From a virus (Duplodnaviria > Caudoviricetes), in IMG/VR virus record IMGVR_UViG_3300025894_000010, positions 1-63,476 of that record: DNA of 63,476 bases; one strand, written 5' to 3'. The position numbers and the translations under genes were made by a program. Shown here piece after piece: positions 36,801-46,703 of this stretch (position 1 is the stretch's first letter; every line of letters starts with the position of its first letter). The notes beneath the pieces are model-generated. The model was not told the DNA's origin and did not search any database. It saw nothing but the letters and a program-made list of their open reading frames with translations.

Positions 36801-39800
36801 ACGCCATATGTCACGATCTTCTTTATAGTGGTAACACTGCCGCAAGACAGAACGCCGCTTCATACTACGTAGGCAGTGTAAGTCAATTAGGTCCATTTGA
36901 AACAACAGCAACAGTTGCTGGTTACGAACAATTTAAAAGCATACTGTCAACTTACACCACTGGTCTTGACACTACAATCATTACCGAAATTCAAGCATCG
37001 CTTGACATTATTATTGATGTAATTGAAGATGGTAATTTAGACAATCTTCCAGCGGAAGTAGAAATATCAACCGCAGGGTTGACAAGTACAGATTTTGATG
37101 CTATAACAACCGCAACATTACAGATTCAAGATGATACAATATTATTCATCAATGATTTATTTTTTAATCCTGCATACGATCAAGCAAAATGTGCGAGAGA
37201 TATTGGTCTCATTGTAGATGCATTATCACTCTTCATTATTGCAGGAAGCGAAGCACCAGATCGTTTCGTTGCATTGTCGTACCGACGACCTAGTGCACAA
37301 AATGTTTATTTGAAACAAAGGGCTGCAACACTGGCGGCAGTTAACTATGCAGAAGATTTATTAAAGACTGCATTGACCAATGGCGGTGGTGATCCACTCA
37401 AAACAAATGACCCGTTCGATAGAATTCGTGAAGGAATCAACGCAGGAGTATACACTTCTGGTGTAGATCGTGCTTGGGTTAACCCGAATACTTCATTGTA
37501 CACCGGTACTGTCGGTGGTGTAGACAGTACGGGTTCTACCGCTAACACGATTGCGGCACAGAACACACTGAATCTGCAAAACAATGCCTATGCTGATGCC
37601 GTCATAAACTATGTTAACAATACATTAGGCATTACCTCGTTTGATAATACCATATGTAAAGAAGATTTGATCATTCTTTTGCAAGCACTTGCATATGATG
37701 TAGATACCGGCACGAACTGGTGTATTCGCCAATTTGCTGAGAGTTATTTTACGGGTGTTGTCAATGCTTTAGGCAATGATAGTGCCGAAATAGAAGCAAC
37801 CATTGCCGCATATGAATATCTGAAAACTTATCTTACGACTAATCTACCTCTTGATGCTAACCTAGCCCAAGGCACAGATCAAACAGCATCCATTCTTGCG
37901 TACATCACGGGCGAAATTGATATTGTAATTGACGCAATCAAAGCAGACACCACACAAAACATGCCGGCATTGGTATTGCCTTCAACAATAGGTGAGGATG
38001 CTACTGACATAGCAGGCTTTAATGCAGTTCAAACAGCAAAGACTCAAACGCAAAATGCAGTCATTGATTTCGTTAATGATTCTAATCCAGTGGATGCTTT
38101 TGATGATGAAAAATGTGCACGAGACTCTCTCTTAATTATTGATGCGATTTGTCTTGACATCCAGAACCAAACCAATTATAATAGCATTACTGCTGGTTTA
38201 GCCTATCAAAGAGGCAATGCAAATAAAGTCCAAAGTGACCAGTTAAAATACACCATCCTTGCGATCAACTATCTTCGTGATCTTATTAACGGCACGCCTA
38301 GCATTGATTCTACCACAAAGACTTATGTGACCGCTCGGACTCTAGAGATTACTGATCTGCTGACTCAAAGCACCGAGTATGGTAAAGTAGATGGTGATCC
38401 AATATCATATAACACGACCAATGTTGTTCTTGATAAAGTCAATGCTGCCAATGCACTTCGTGCCAACAGGCGTCAACTTCAGAAGCAAATCACCACTTGG
38501 ATCCAAGTCAACTACGACACCTTTGAATATGATCCCGATGCGTGTGAACGGGATATTGGTTATATTGTTGATGGACTTGTTCATGATATTCTATATGATG
38601 GACAATATGCTGCCGAAACTATAGCCCGATCTTACTGGGTTGAGACAGATCTTAACATAGAAAACAATCCAAATCAAAGCGAGAATCTGGACGGTGTTGC
38701 TGACACTTATAAGAATCAATTAGGTCAGAACGAAGTAGTAACCACTGCCGCGGCATATGCGCAACTTAAGGCTTTCATCAATCAAATCGTGACGACTACT
38801 ACCGAGCAAAGCGCTATTGGCAATCTGATGGACATCATTATTGATTCTATTACTGCGAGTGATAACACAGCGATTCCATCAACACCAATCTCATTTTTAA
38901 ACGATCCGTTGTTGATTCAGGCGCAGAAAACAATCTACAAAGATCAGACAGTTCTTTATGCGAATCAGATATTCCCCGCATATACTTACAATCAATCTAA
39001 GTGTAGACGTGACGTTGGATTTATTCTTGACGCACTGACATATGATATCAAGTATGGTGGTAACAGTGCTACGTCCATTGCGATGAGATCTTACTTCTCT
39101 ATATTCAACAATGGATATGGTGATCTGTTAGGTCAGAATGAATTCACAATGACCATTAAAGCATATAGACATCTGAAGAGAAACATTCTCAAGAATTACT
39201 TTGAGACTCTGGACGCAGGCATTGAAACTACGAAGAACAATCTGCTTGATATTATTCTCAAAGCAATCATTCAAACAAATCAAGGCACATTTACACTAGG
39301 CAATTTCTTTGGTGCTGACAGATCTTTAGACTTGTATCAGTACAACTATCCTACAGGATTGGCAGTTGGATATGATTCACAAACATTCCCAGATCTGATT
39401 GCTTTGGGTCATAAAGTGACATACAATGCTTTGTATCTAGCCCACCAAGAATTCAACGTTGGTGCGAGTGAAAGACTTACGATTGTCCGAGCGACAAATG
39501 CTGTCGCAAATAACCAAGGGACAGACACGACGATCTTCTTGAAGTCTGGTGATTATGTTATCAATAACCCGATTAAACTACCACCCAAGACTGCGATTAT
39601 TGGTGATGCACTCAGAACAACAACCATTCGTCCTAAGAACGTTGATAGTGATATCTTCTGGGCAGACAATGGTGTATACATCAAAGAGATTACCTTCCGT
39701 GATCATCAGGATGGTGCCGCTGTTCTCGCATTTGATCCTCGTGTTGATTCGCCCGGAGCAGGACCATTTATTACACAGTCACCTTATGTACAGAACTGTA

Positions 39801-42214
39801 CGTCTTTGACTTCATCTGGTATTGGTTTACGAATTGATGGAAGCAAAGTGTCTGGTCTCCGAAGTATGGTACTAGACGCATTTACACAGTTCAACGCTGG
39901 TGGTACAGGTGTGTATCTCCTAAACCGTGGATACTCACAGTTAGTATCATTGTTTACAGTATCAACAACCACCTCAGTTTTGGCTGAGACTGGCGGTCAA
40001 TGCTCACTCACAAACTCAAACTCATCGTTCGGTGAACGTGGTCTTGTTGCTACAGGTGGATCACCATCACTTTACAACGGCGATCTTCACGCAAACTATA
40101 TTCAGAACGACGACTTCATTCGGGTCAACGGAGTTATCACACAAGACTCGGCAGACTACACGTTGAATCTCGGTGATTACAAGAAGCCTAACTACAATGA
40201 TGCTATCAAATTTGACTCGGATAACTTCTATTATACAATTCTCAATGTATCAGATGAGATTACTCAGGACTGGGGAACAACTGGAAACACCACCGAATCA
40301 ACCACACTGAAACAAACAAACACAGTTAATCTTACTAAGTATGGTTCAAGTGTTCACATGAGTTCAAACGATCTCTATGCCGCAGTGGGTCAAAGTGCAA
40401 CATTGCCGGGCGAACTGGCGGCTGTTGAGATTCGCAAATCAGACATTGTAGGCGGTATACCACAGTGGGACTTTGTACAAACAATTAATCCTGCGGTTGC
40501 ATTTGGCACAAACACAACATCCGACATTGACTTTGGATACGAAACACGACTGAACGAAGACGGATCTTATCTGGCAGTCAGTGCACCTAGTCAAAAGAAT
40601 GTAGACGGAAGTGGTGGTGCGCAGAACAACGGTGCGATCTACATGTTCAGAAGAAGTGGTGAATCTTGGACACAAGATTCCATTGTTAATCTTGCTGAGG
40701 TTGCAGACCGATCACGATTCTTTGGTAGATCGTTTGACATGAGCGAGAGTGGATTATATCTTGCCGCTTCTACTGTGAACGATGTAAGTCCCGCAAGTGC
40801 TGGTGCTGTATACGTCTTCCAGAGAACTGCGCCGGCTTCATCATCTTGGTCACAGACTCAACGTATTACGATACCTGATGGTACGGGCGCAAACGCGGGT
40901 GAACCTGAAGTCACAATAAATGATGACGGTGCTGATCTTCTAATCCAATGGAAAAATTCACTCACCAATAAAATTTATTACTATCAGAAAAACATTGACA
41001 ACGTATTCATTCTAGCACAGGTAATCATACCGCGGTCAAACGTTGGGGCTAACGGTAGAGATTCCAAGATTAGACTTGGAAAGAACACCACACACTTTGT
41101 CATGGGTGATAAGAATGCGCCTCGTGGTTACTTCACGAACATTCAAACTGACAGCGATCTTGGTGGTCAACTTCAATATGCAAGAAAACAGAAATTAGAT
41201 CAGGCAACATTATCAGGTACTCTTTTGTCTACGACTGACGTTGATCGGTGGATAAATTTCACAACAGATTTTCCAACGAACACAGTAGTGACAATTGAAG
41301 GTGCTGGTGCAAACGATGGTGATTATACAATCACCGACAGAACATCTAACACACTGTCAGTCACGCCTGCATTTACACCGGGTGGTAACTTCACGGACGT
41401 CCAGGTGTATATTCAGAACACAGGTGTCAGTGAGTTCTTCTTGTTTGATGAAGGTCAGTGGGTAACAGAAGATATTATTGAAGCACCTTATGATGCTGTC
41501 AAAGACTTTGGATATGGATACGATGTTGATATCAACACACGAGGTGATCTTGTTGCTGTTGGTAACAATCCAAACGTCAACTCAATCAAGAACGAAGTCT
41601 CGGTTATTGAACGTGCCCGAAGTGACTGGAGAAGGATCTCTAGACTTGAACCATTGACTCCTGCAAATGCGGCATCAATAGGTAACGACGAATACGGTGG
41701 ATCAGGACACTCAGTCGCCGTCGGCGGCACAGGTGATTATATTCTTATTGGTGCTCAAGATAGACGATCTGATCAAGGAGATGCAAACACACAATTTGGT
41801 GCATTTTTTGAATACTGGTCTATTCTAGATGAAACAGGATCATATGAGATAGAACTTGCGCCTGCATTGAACAGGAATTTGAAGTCACTTCAAAATGTAA
41901 GTTTCCATCAGAGATCATTGATTACCGCATCAGGTCATACATTTGAATATGTAGGATCCGGAACAAACATGTTCACGGCTATCCCACAAAACGGTGGTGT
42001 ACCCAAGAAACAAAACGAAATACAATTTGACTCGGCAGATGCCGCCACACCAAACTTTGGTCTGGTATATTTTACTGCGACAGACGAACGTGGTGACTTT
42101 AGAATTGGTGAAGACTTAACAATTAACAGAGAACAGGGTAACATTACTGGTGTAACATTTGACAGATCATTGTTTGCAGTAATGACCCCATTCATATTAG
42201 CACTAGAGGGATAA
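33893..42214 (+). CDS. Giant virion structural protein: split beta-helix domain, 12 helical C-x-R-D repeats, FG-GAP-like propeller
   Basis: GEIAINTHDGK; VYYVSKSG; 12x (Y/F)Dxx(K/A)CxRD; TIFLKSGDY..NPI..P...IIGD.LR; QSPYVQNCTS; FG/YG...GAVYVF repeats; SGHTFEYVGSG; TDERGDFRIG. Confidence 0.75.
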   Translation: MAARKKILLPRSDIPNRAPTVNEIDYGEIAINTHDGKAFIKRDQNGEVTIESIGSEQVENVYYVSKSGVYGNDGRSLMNSMKTLDSAVATVLTKQGFKFDKITCERDTQLIMDAVRYDMVLETNFNSVNAGLAYKRGNAGKVTTEQKYQTRRAINEERVGMLSAPLVASNPTATARVGAGFTELIDIFYDGEPDDYYFTNPPIESQTDANNASQILQENRAAIQDAVLSYLNNANLDPYDSAKCERDIGLILDAVVDDLITTSDYRTITAANAYLRANSAYVLSDQFEMTVAALEFAKGQVQSLVGVPSDALIATFFDRVINVVNGTTTTYPAPTYPTTGTATYQTADRITASAALITNRATLVSDTTAYITANYPTLDYDSAACERDVGYIIDALAHDVKYGGNGGTRVNAEAYFVGTESQLGFGEGTATIAAYNDLKTRINVVVTTAPEQTDIGALIDEITGVITAGDLTGLSAPVAIDLDGYLSGVLSERTIILTNKSTIEDDTIEYVDDNWAIKNTNIKSYDAGKCSRDVGIILDAVRRDFILGTDYWTITAGNSYLRANTAYLKSEQNYATIEAVKFARDTVKTLQNGIPATNVFSSVQQTTLDTLFERVIDVIDGTVTTPITAITYPTAGDYASVAGRATQSANIITSRTTLVNNLTSFVSTTYPTFTYDQAACEADTGFIIDGLVADLLYGGNTATRQAAFAYYVGAVSQLGAGEEKVTIAAYNNLATDIKALVGVTEDARVDELIAIITTVIEEGDTSSLLLNEVEITTTGLTTTEYDVILSETPDIQTATLAFVDKTFIPELPDYDQVKCYRDVGLILDAVKRDLITGSTYNTITAGFSYLRANASYVQSDQLEKTLKGINYARDEVKKLVGASDASIDILFARVTDVLNGIVTTYETPTYTAPGGTHDGSLGGDRITAVSNLQTNRSAAVTALIDYIDLEYPALEYDTNKCKRDAGYIIDAICHDLLYSGNTAARQNAASYYVGSVSQLGPFETTATVAGYEQFKSILSTYTTGLDTTIITEIQASLDIIIDVIEDGNLDNLPAEVEISTAGLTSTDFDAITTATLQIQDDTILFINDLFFNPAYDQAKCARDIGLIVDALSLFIIAGSEAPDRFVALSYRRPSAQNVYLKQRAATLAAVNYAEDLLKTALTNGGGDPLKTNDPFDRIREGINAGVYTSGVDRAWVNPNTSLYTGTVGGVDSTGSTANTIAAQNTLNLQNNAYADAVINYVNNTLGITSFDNTICKEDLIILLQALAYDVDTGTNWCIRQFAESYFTGVVNALGNDSAEIEATIAAYEYLKTYLTTNLPLDANLAQGTDQTASILAYITGEIDIVIDAIKADTTQNMPALVLPSTIGEDATDIAGFNAVQTAKTQTQNAVIDFVNDSNPVDAFDDEKCARDSLLIIDAICLDIQNQTNYNSITAGLAYQRGNANKVQSDQLKYTILAINYLRDLINGTPSIDSTTKTYVTARTLEITDLLTQSTEYGKVDGDPISYNTTNVVLDKVNAANALRANRRQLQKQITTWIQVNYDTFEYDPDACERDIGYIVDGLVHDILYDGQYAAETIARSYWVETDLNIENNPNQSENLDGVADTYKNQLGQNEVVTTAAAYAQLKAFINQIVTTTTEQSAIGNLMDIIIDSITASDNTAIPSTPISFLNDPLLIQAQKTIYKDQTVLYANQIFPAYTYNQSKCRRDVGFILDALTYDIKYGGNSATSIAMRSYFSIFNNGYGDLLGQNEFTMTIKAYRHLKRNILKNYFETLDAGIETTKNNLLDIILKAIIQTNQGTFTLGNFFGADRSLDLYQYNYPTGLAVGYDSQTFPDLIALGHKVTYNALYLAHQEFNVGASERLTIVRATNAVANNQGTDTTIFLKSGDYVINNPIKLPPKTAIIGDALRTTTIRPKNVDSDIFWADNGVYIKEITFRDHQDGAAVLAFDPRVDSPGAGPFITQSPYVQNCTSLTSSGIGLRIDGSKVSGLRSMVLDAFTQFNAGGTGVYLLNRGYSQLVSLFTVSTTTSVLAETGGQCSLTNSNSSFGERGLVATGGSPSLYNGDLHANYIQNDDFIRVNGVITQDSADYTLNLGDYKKPNYNDAIKFDSDNFYYTILNVSDEITQDWGTTGNTTESTTLKQTNTVNLTKYGSSVHMSSNDLYAAVGQSATLPGELAAVEIRKSDIVGGIPQWDFVQTINPAVAFGTNTTSDIDFGYETRLNEDGSYLAVSAPSQKNVDGSGGAQNNGAIYMFRRSGESWTQDSIVNLAEVADRSRFFGRSFDMSESGLYLAASTVNDVSPASAGAVYVFQRTAPASSSWSQTQRITIPDGTGANAGEPEVTINDDGADLLIQWKNSLTNKIYYYQKNIDNVFILAQVIIPRSNVGANGRDSKIRLGKNTTHFVMGDKNAPRGYFTNIQTDSDLGGQLQYARKQKLDQATLSGTLLSTTDVDRWINFTTDFPTNTVVTIEGAGANDGDYTITDRTSNTLSVTPAFTPGGNFTDVQVYIQNTGVSEFFLFDEGQWVTEDIIEAPYDAVKDFGYGYDVDINTRGDLVAVGNNPNVNSIKNEVSVIERARSDWRRISRLEPLTPANAASIGNDEYGGSGHSVAVGGTGDYILIGAQDRRSDQGDANTQFGAFFEYWSILDETGSYEIELAPALNRNLKSLQNVSFHQRSLITASGHTFEYVGSGTNMFTAIPQNGGVPKKQNEIQFDSADAATPNFGLVYFTATDERGDFRIGEDLTINREQGNITGVTFDRSLFAVMTPFILALEG

Positions 42215-42215
42215 C

Positions 42216-42620
42216 ATGGCAACTCCATTAAATGCGTTTAAAACTAAAGTCTGGACGTTGAGAGACTCAGCGGCAAGCCAGGGTAAGTTAATATATAACA
42301 CACCTCCAGGCGTGACCGCTATTGTTTTAATGGCGCAGATATCTAACGTAGATTCTGACGGAGGAGGTACATCAAGATTCTCTTTTGTGCACAAAGATGT
42401 TGGCACTGGACAAGAAACACCACTGGTGAATAAGTTTCCGGTAAGGCAAAATGATGCGGCGACACCTCTGACAGGTAAATTAATTATTCAAGAGGGCAAC
42501 CAAATATATGGATACTGTCATAAAAGGGTTACTCGGTCAGATGCTGGTGGTTCAGGAACAAATGACGCAGATGATACATTGAATTTAGTACTATCATTGT
42601 TAGAATCTTTGAACGCTTAA
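42216..42620 (+). CDS. Small virion structural protein
   Basis: LNAFKT, IYNTPPGVTAIVLMAQISN, GKLIIQEG, LSLLES; a pattern seen next to large fibre genes. Confidence 0.65.
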   Translation: MATPLNAFKTKVWTLRDSAASQGKLIYNTPPGVTAIVLMAQISNVDSDGGGTSRFSFVHKDVGTGQETPLVNKFPVRQNDAATPLTGKLIIQEGNQIYGYCHKRVTRSDAGGSGTNDADDTLNLVLSLLESLNA

Positions 42621-42632
42621 ACGGAAGATACG

Positions 42633-44849
42633 ATGTCGCAACTCACTACAATATCAGGTTACGTTCCACTTAGAGATAAATCCGAGTTAGATTCTGATCG
42701 TTATGAATTCATAACATTAGATCAGACAGAACCAAACGCGGGTTTACCTGATTCAGAAGGTGCACTCTTTATATCGGGTGTTGATGGGACTCGGAGTTTT
42801 ACTACAGAGCCACGTCTTACTCAGTTATCGTTTAAGTCAGGATCTCTTGAACAGATTGATCCACCCAGCCAGCCTAGTTATTTTCTTGTCTTCAAGGAAG
42901 AGCCTGGTTCACAAGCAGGCATTGGATTAGATGACAGTGTTGCGTGGTCGCTGGGTGAGTTTGAAGAAGTAGATACTCTTCAAACTGTTACCGATCGTGG
43001 TAATGTCACTACACAGTCCATAACAATTGCTAACTTAGATGCTGACTCTGCGGTCTTTTCGGGCGGTGTAAGAATTGATGGTAACTTGTGGGTCAATGGT
43101 ACTGAGACAATTATCAATTCAAGCACTCTTACGGTTGATGATAAGAATATTGTAATCGCTGAAGGTGCACCAGACGCGGCGACTGCGGACGGTGGTGGTC
43201 TCACATTAGACGGTGCAAATGCCACAATAACATATCAAGCATCAAGTGATCGCTGGAGACTCAACAAAGATCTTGAGTTAGACGGCACTGATAAGAAAAT
43301 ATATTTCGGTAACAACAATCTTACTTTCGTAGGCGAAAATGGTACAAGTGATAAGTTAAGTCTCAGTGGTGGCGGTACAGGCAATCCTACCGATACCGTC
43401 ACGATTGATGCTGTAGGACAGGTTGGTATTGGAACAGACAATCCTTCGGTAGCACTTGACGTTCAAGGTAGTGCGAATGTATCTGCCAATCTTGATGTTG
43501 CAGGTCTAACTCAGTTAGACTCTACCACGATTGATGGTCTTCTAGAGTTAAAGGAAGTTCTTCCAAAAGATCCTACAGCAAAGATATTGTTTCGAAGACA
43601 ATCAGATGGTGTCATTCTTGAAGGCGAGACTACAGTTGCCAACGTAGATCAGATATCTACGAGCGACACAGACTCAGATGCTACTCACTATCTCATGTTC
43701 ACTTATGCAAACAACGGTGTAGGTGGATTTGATAGTGCGCTGATAGACACAACAACACTCACATACAATCCCAGCACTAACATTTTTACAACCGAAAATA
43801 TTGTTGCCAATGGATTAACAAATCTTGATTCAACATTTATCGCAGGTGATGTACAGATTCAAACCAATTCCGGCAGACTGCTTGACAGTGCGGGTAGATC
43901 GTTTGTCATTTACGATTCAGCGGGTGCTTTGCTGTGGGGTAATAACGGGACTAGTGCAGGCAATCTAGGTGGAGCAAGTGCGGTTGCAAGACTCATTGAT
44001 CTAGCAGATGTTTCTATATCAGAGCCTATCACAAGTGGATATGTTGTCAAGTGGGACGAGTTTGCGGCAGGTGGATCAGGTGCTTGGGTTGTAGGACCAG
44101 ATAATACAGGTGTCGGCGGTGCTGGCATTGCGCTCACTGATCTTTCAGTTGTACAACAAGTCGCATCAGGTACTGGTACATTATCTTATAGTAATGTAAG
44201 CGGCGTATTTACATACACTCCTCCTGAGTTATCACTTCTAAATCTGACAGATGTTGCAAGCGATGGCACGAACGGACAAGTTCTCCAGACAGATGGCGCA
44301 GGTAACTTCTCATTTGTAAATCAGACGGGCGGTGGTGGCTCTAGCATCACAACTTCAGATGAGGGCTCAAGTCTTACGACTGGTACGACCTCGTTCAACT
44401 TTGTTGGTACTGGTGTTACTGCAACAAACAGCGGCGATGATGTCACAGTAACCATTCCTGGAGTAACCGGTGCACTCAGTACACGATCTACTATTATTGG
44501 CACAACAGGTACGATATCAGATAACAACTCAGCAGACTTAGACATTACTGGTGGTGCACCTACTTATGCACTTCTCAAGATTCAATCAAATGATGCATCA
44601 TGGGTGCGATTGTATACAGACACCGCATCAAGAACAGCAGACGCCTCACGATTAATTACAGACGATCCTGCGCCCGATGCTGGTGTTGTAGCAGAGATTA
44701 TTACCACAGGTAACCAGGTGATCAAGATGTCACCCGGCGTCATAGGTTGGCTTGACACGGGAACAACCGTTCATGCGAGAGTTACCAATCTTAGTGGTGG
44801 TGCAAGAGCAATCACAGTAACGCTCACCTTGCTCGCACTGGAAGCATAA
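42633..44849 (+). CDS. Tail fibre-like protein
   Basis: DTLQTVTDRGN, GNLWVNGT, VDDKNIV, GQVGIGTDNP, L.DL.DV, GQVLQTDGAGNFSF, WVRLY...SR.AD. Confidence 0.7.
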   Translation: MSQLTTISGYVPLRDKSELDSDRYEFITLDQTEPNAGLPDSEGALFISGVDGTRSFTTEPRLTQLSFKSGSLEQIDPPSQPSYFLVFKEEPGSQAGIGLDDSVAWSLGEFEEVDTLQTVTDRGNVTTQSITIANLDADSAVFSGGVRIDGNLWVNGTETIINSSTLTVDDKNIVIAEGAPDAATADGGGLTLDGANATITYQASSDRWRLNKDLELDGTDKKIYFGNNNLTFVGENGTSDKLSLSGGGTGNPTDTVTIDAVGQVGIGTDNPSVALDVQGSANVSANLDVAGLTQLDSTTIDGLLELKEVLPKDPTAKILFRRQSDGVILEGETTVANVDQISTSDTDSDATHYLMFTYANNGVGGFDSALIDTTTLTYNPSTNIFTTENIVANGLTNLDSTFIAGDVQIQTNSGRLLDSAGRSFVIYDSAGALLWGNNGTSAGNLGGASAVARLIDLADVSISEPITSGYVVKWDEFAAGGSGAWVVGPDNTGVGGAGIALTDLSVVQQVASGTGTLSYSNVSGVFTYTPPELSLLNLTDVASDGTNGQVLQTDGAGNFSFVNQTGGGGSSITTSDEGSSLTTGTTSFNFVGTGVTATNSGDDVTVTIPGVTGALSTRSTIIGTTGTISDNNSADLDITGGAPTYALLKIQSNDASWVRLYTDTASRTADASRLITDDPAPDAGVVAEIITTGNQVIKMSPGVIGWLDTGTTVHARVTNLSGGARAITVTLTLLALEA

Positions 44850-46678
44850 TGGAAGAATATCTGGTTTTATTACATAGCCATGATGACCTAGATACTTTCT
44901 ATGCGGACATGGAGACAACTGGCGGTATTTTAGAACGTGCTATCGATATCTGTTGTCGCAGACCTTTGTCGCGAACAACTATGTACATGCTCACATCAGA
45001 AGAGGCGGCCGCAGTCAAGGCTGATTCTCGTGTAAGACAAGTTGCTCGTTGGTCAGATCGCCCAGAAATGAAACCCACCGCATTTACTCGTACAGACTTT
45101 GAGTATGACAAAGGCGCAAACGAACCACCCAATGATTCACAATCAAAGAATTGGGGCACATGGCGTTCTAGAAACACATACGAAGGCAACGAGTCTATTA
45201 TCGACAACTGGGCAGATGACTTTTTAAATCCTGATCAGGTAACGGGTGAAAAATATACCAGTAGTGAGACATTCACCGAGACTGGTAAGCACGTTGACAT
45301 TGTGGTTAAAGATGGGCATCCAGATCCTAACATGCCAGACTTACAGATTAACGCAGATGGTACGGGCGGCTCACGAGTTAACGAGATTAACTGGAATCTA
45401 TACACGACCACTGTACAGGGTTATGAGGCTTTTGGTTCTTCTGATTATTTCTTAGCACAGGATTATGTGTACAGCCCATACACTTCAGGCAATAGTGATA
45501 TAAGCAGACAAAGGCAACACGGCGCTTCGGTTTCAACATGTGCCGCTGGCTCAACGCTGGGTCTGGCGCCGGGCGCAAACATATATTCGTTTGATCCGTA
45601 TACTGCCAGTCAACTAGACTACGGCAATTTCAGTTCCCCAGATGGCTATCCTAATTACACTGACTTCGATTATATTCGAGCGTGGCACAATGCAAAGACG
45701 GTAAACCAAGCAACAGGATTTAAGAATCCTACTATCATTAATTGTAGCACTGGTTTTAGTGAACTGTTTTCAGAAGGTGATAACACATGGCCTGTACAAG
45801 CCACAAATCGTGGTGTTACTTATGGCGATGGTATCAACCCAATGACGAATCAACAAGTCGAAGATGCTCAATTGGCTGGCGTAGGCGATATAGTCGGCAG
45901 CGCCGGGAATCGATATTTTTATTCGGTAATGGGCACTAATGGTAGTAACAGTTTCATTGACTTTGTTATTGCAGATGTCGAAGACTGTATCAACGATGGC
46001 ATTCATGTTGTTATCTCGGCTAGTAATGATAACACATTAATGGCTTTCACAAACACCACTGAACACACAAACAATACTGTTACACTACAAGATGCGACAA
46101 CACAAAACTGGAAGTCGCGCTCTTTTGGTACCGACCAAAAAGGATGTTACATTGTTGGAACACTCAGCACAAAATCAAGACTGAGAGCCGGCGGTAGTGC
46201 AGGTCAAGGCGAGTGTCGGGTGTCTTATTCAAATTGTGGATTAGGTGTAGACTTCTATACATTTGCAGATGGTGTCACCGCGGGTTACAATGGAAACGGT
46301 GGGCAGGTCGCTGATCCTCGAAACGCAAGTTATACTCTTAGAACATTTAATGGTACTTCGGCGGGTGCACCGATGCTCACCGGGCAACTTGCTTGCATAC
46401 TAGAACGTTTTCCTGATATGACACCCGCACAACTATATGACTATATGGTGATGAGAAGTCGAACATTAGCAGAAAATGAATGTGGAGATTTAGGCAACGA
46501 TTGGCCTAATGCGTTTTGTTTTGAATCGACTGAATCACCACGTGTGGCTATGTCTATTGGTGATATTCGCCCACAGTCTGGCAGAATAGAAACAAAGAAT
46601 ATACATCTTGCAAGACCCTCATCAGGTGTCGCATACCCTAGACAAAGAACTGCCCGAACGTGGCGCCGAGTCGTATAA
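44849..46678 (+). CDS. Subtilisin-like S8 serine protease
   Basis: Catalytic Asp VDIVVKDG, His QHGASVSTCAAG, oxyanion SASND, Ser FNGTSAGAP; N-terminal propeptide-like segment. Confidence 0.85.
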   Translation: MEEYLVLLHSHDDLDTFYADMETTGGILERAIDICCRRPLSRTTMYMLTSEEAAAVKADSRVRQVARWSDRPEMKPTAFTRTDFEYDKGANEPPNDSQSKNWGTWRSRNTYEGNESIIDNWADDFLNPDQVTGEKYTSSETFTETGKHVDIVVKDGHPDPNMPDLQINADGTGGSRVNEINWNLYTTTVQGYEAFGSSDYFLAQDYVYSPYTSGNSDISRQRQHGASVSTCAAGSTLGLAPGANIYSFDPYTASQLDYGNFSSPDGYPNYTDFDYIRAWHNAKTVNQATGFKNPTIINCSTGFSELFSEGDNTWPVQATNRGVTYGDGINPMTNQQVEDAQLAGVGDIVGSAGNRYFYSVMGTNGSNSFIDFVIADVEDCINDGIHVVISASNDNTLMAFTNTTEHTNNTVTLQDATTQNWKSRSFGTDQKGCYIVGTLSTKSRLRAGGSAGQGECRVSYSNCGLGVDFYTFADGVTAGYNGNGGQVADPRNASYTLRTFNGTSAGAPMLTGQLACILERFPDMTPAQLYDYMVMRSRTLAENECGDLGNDWPNAFCFESTESPRVAMSIGDIRPQSGRIETKNIHLARPSSGVAYPRQRTARTWRRVV

Positions 46679-46681
46679 ATA
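46674..46681 (+). promoter_or_regulatory. Late promoter TATAAATA
   Basis: Upstream of gp13. Confidence 0.75.
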
Positions 46682-46703
46682 AACATAAACCGGAGACATT
46701 TAC

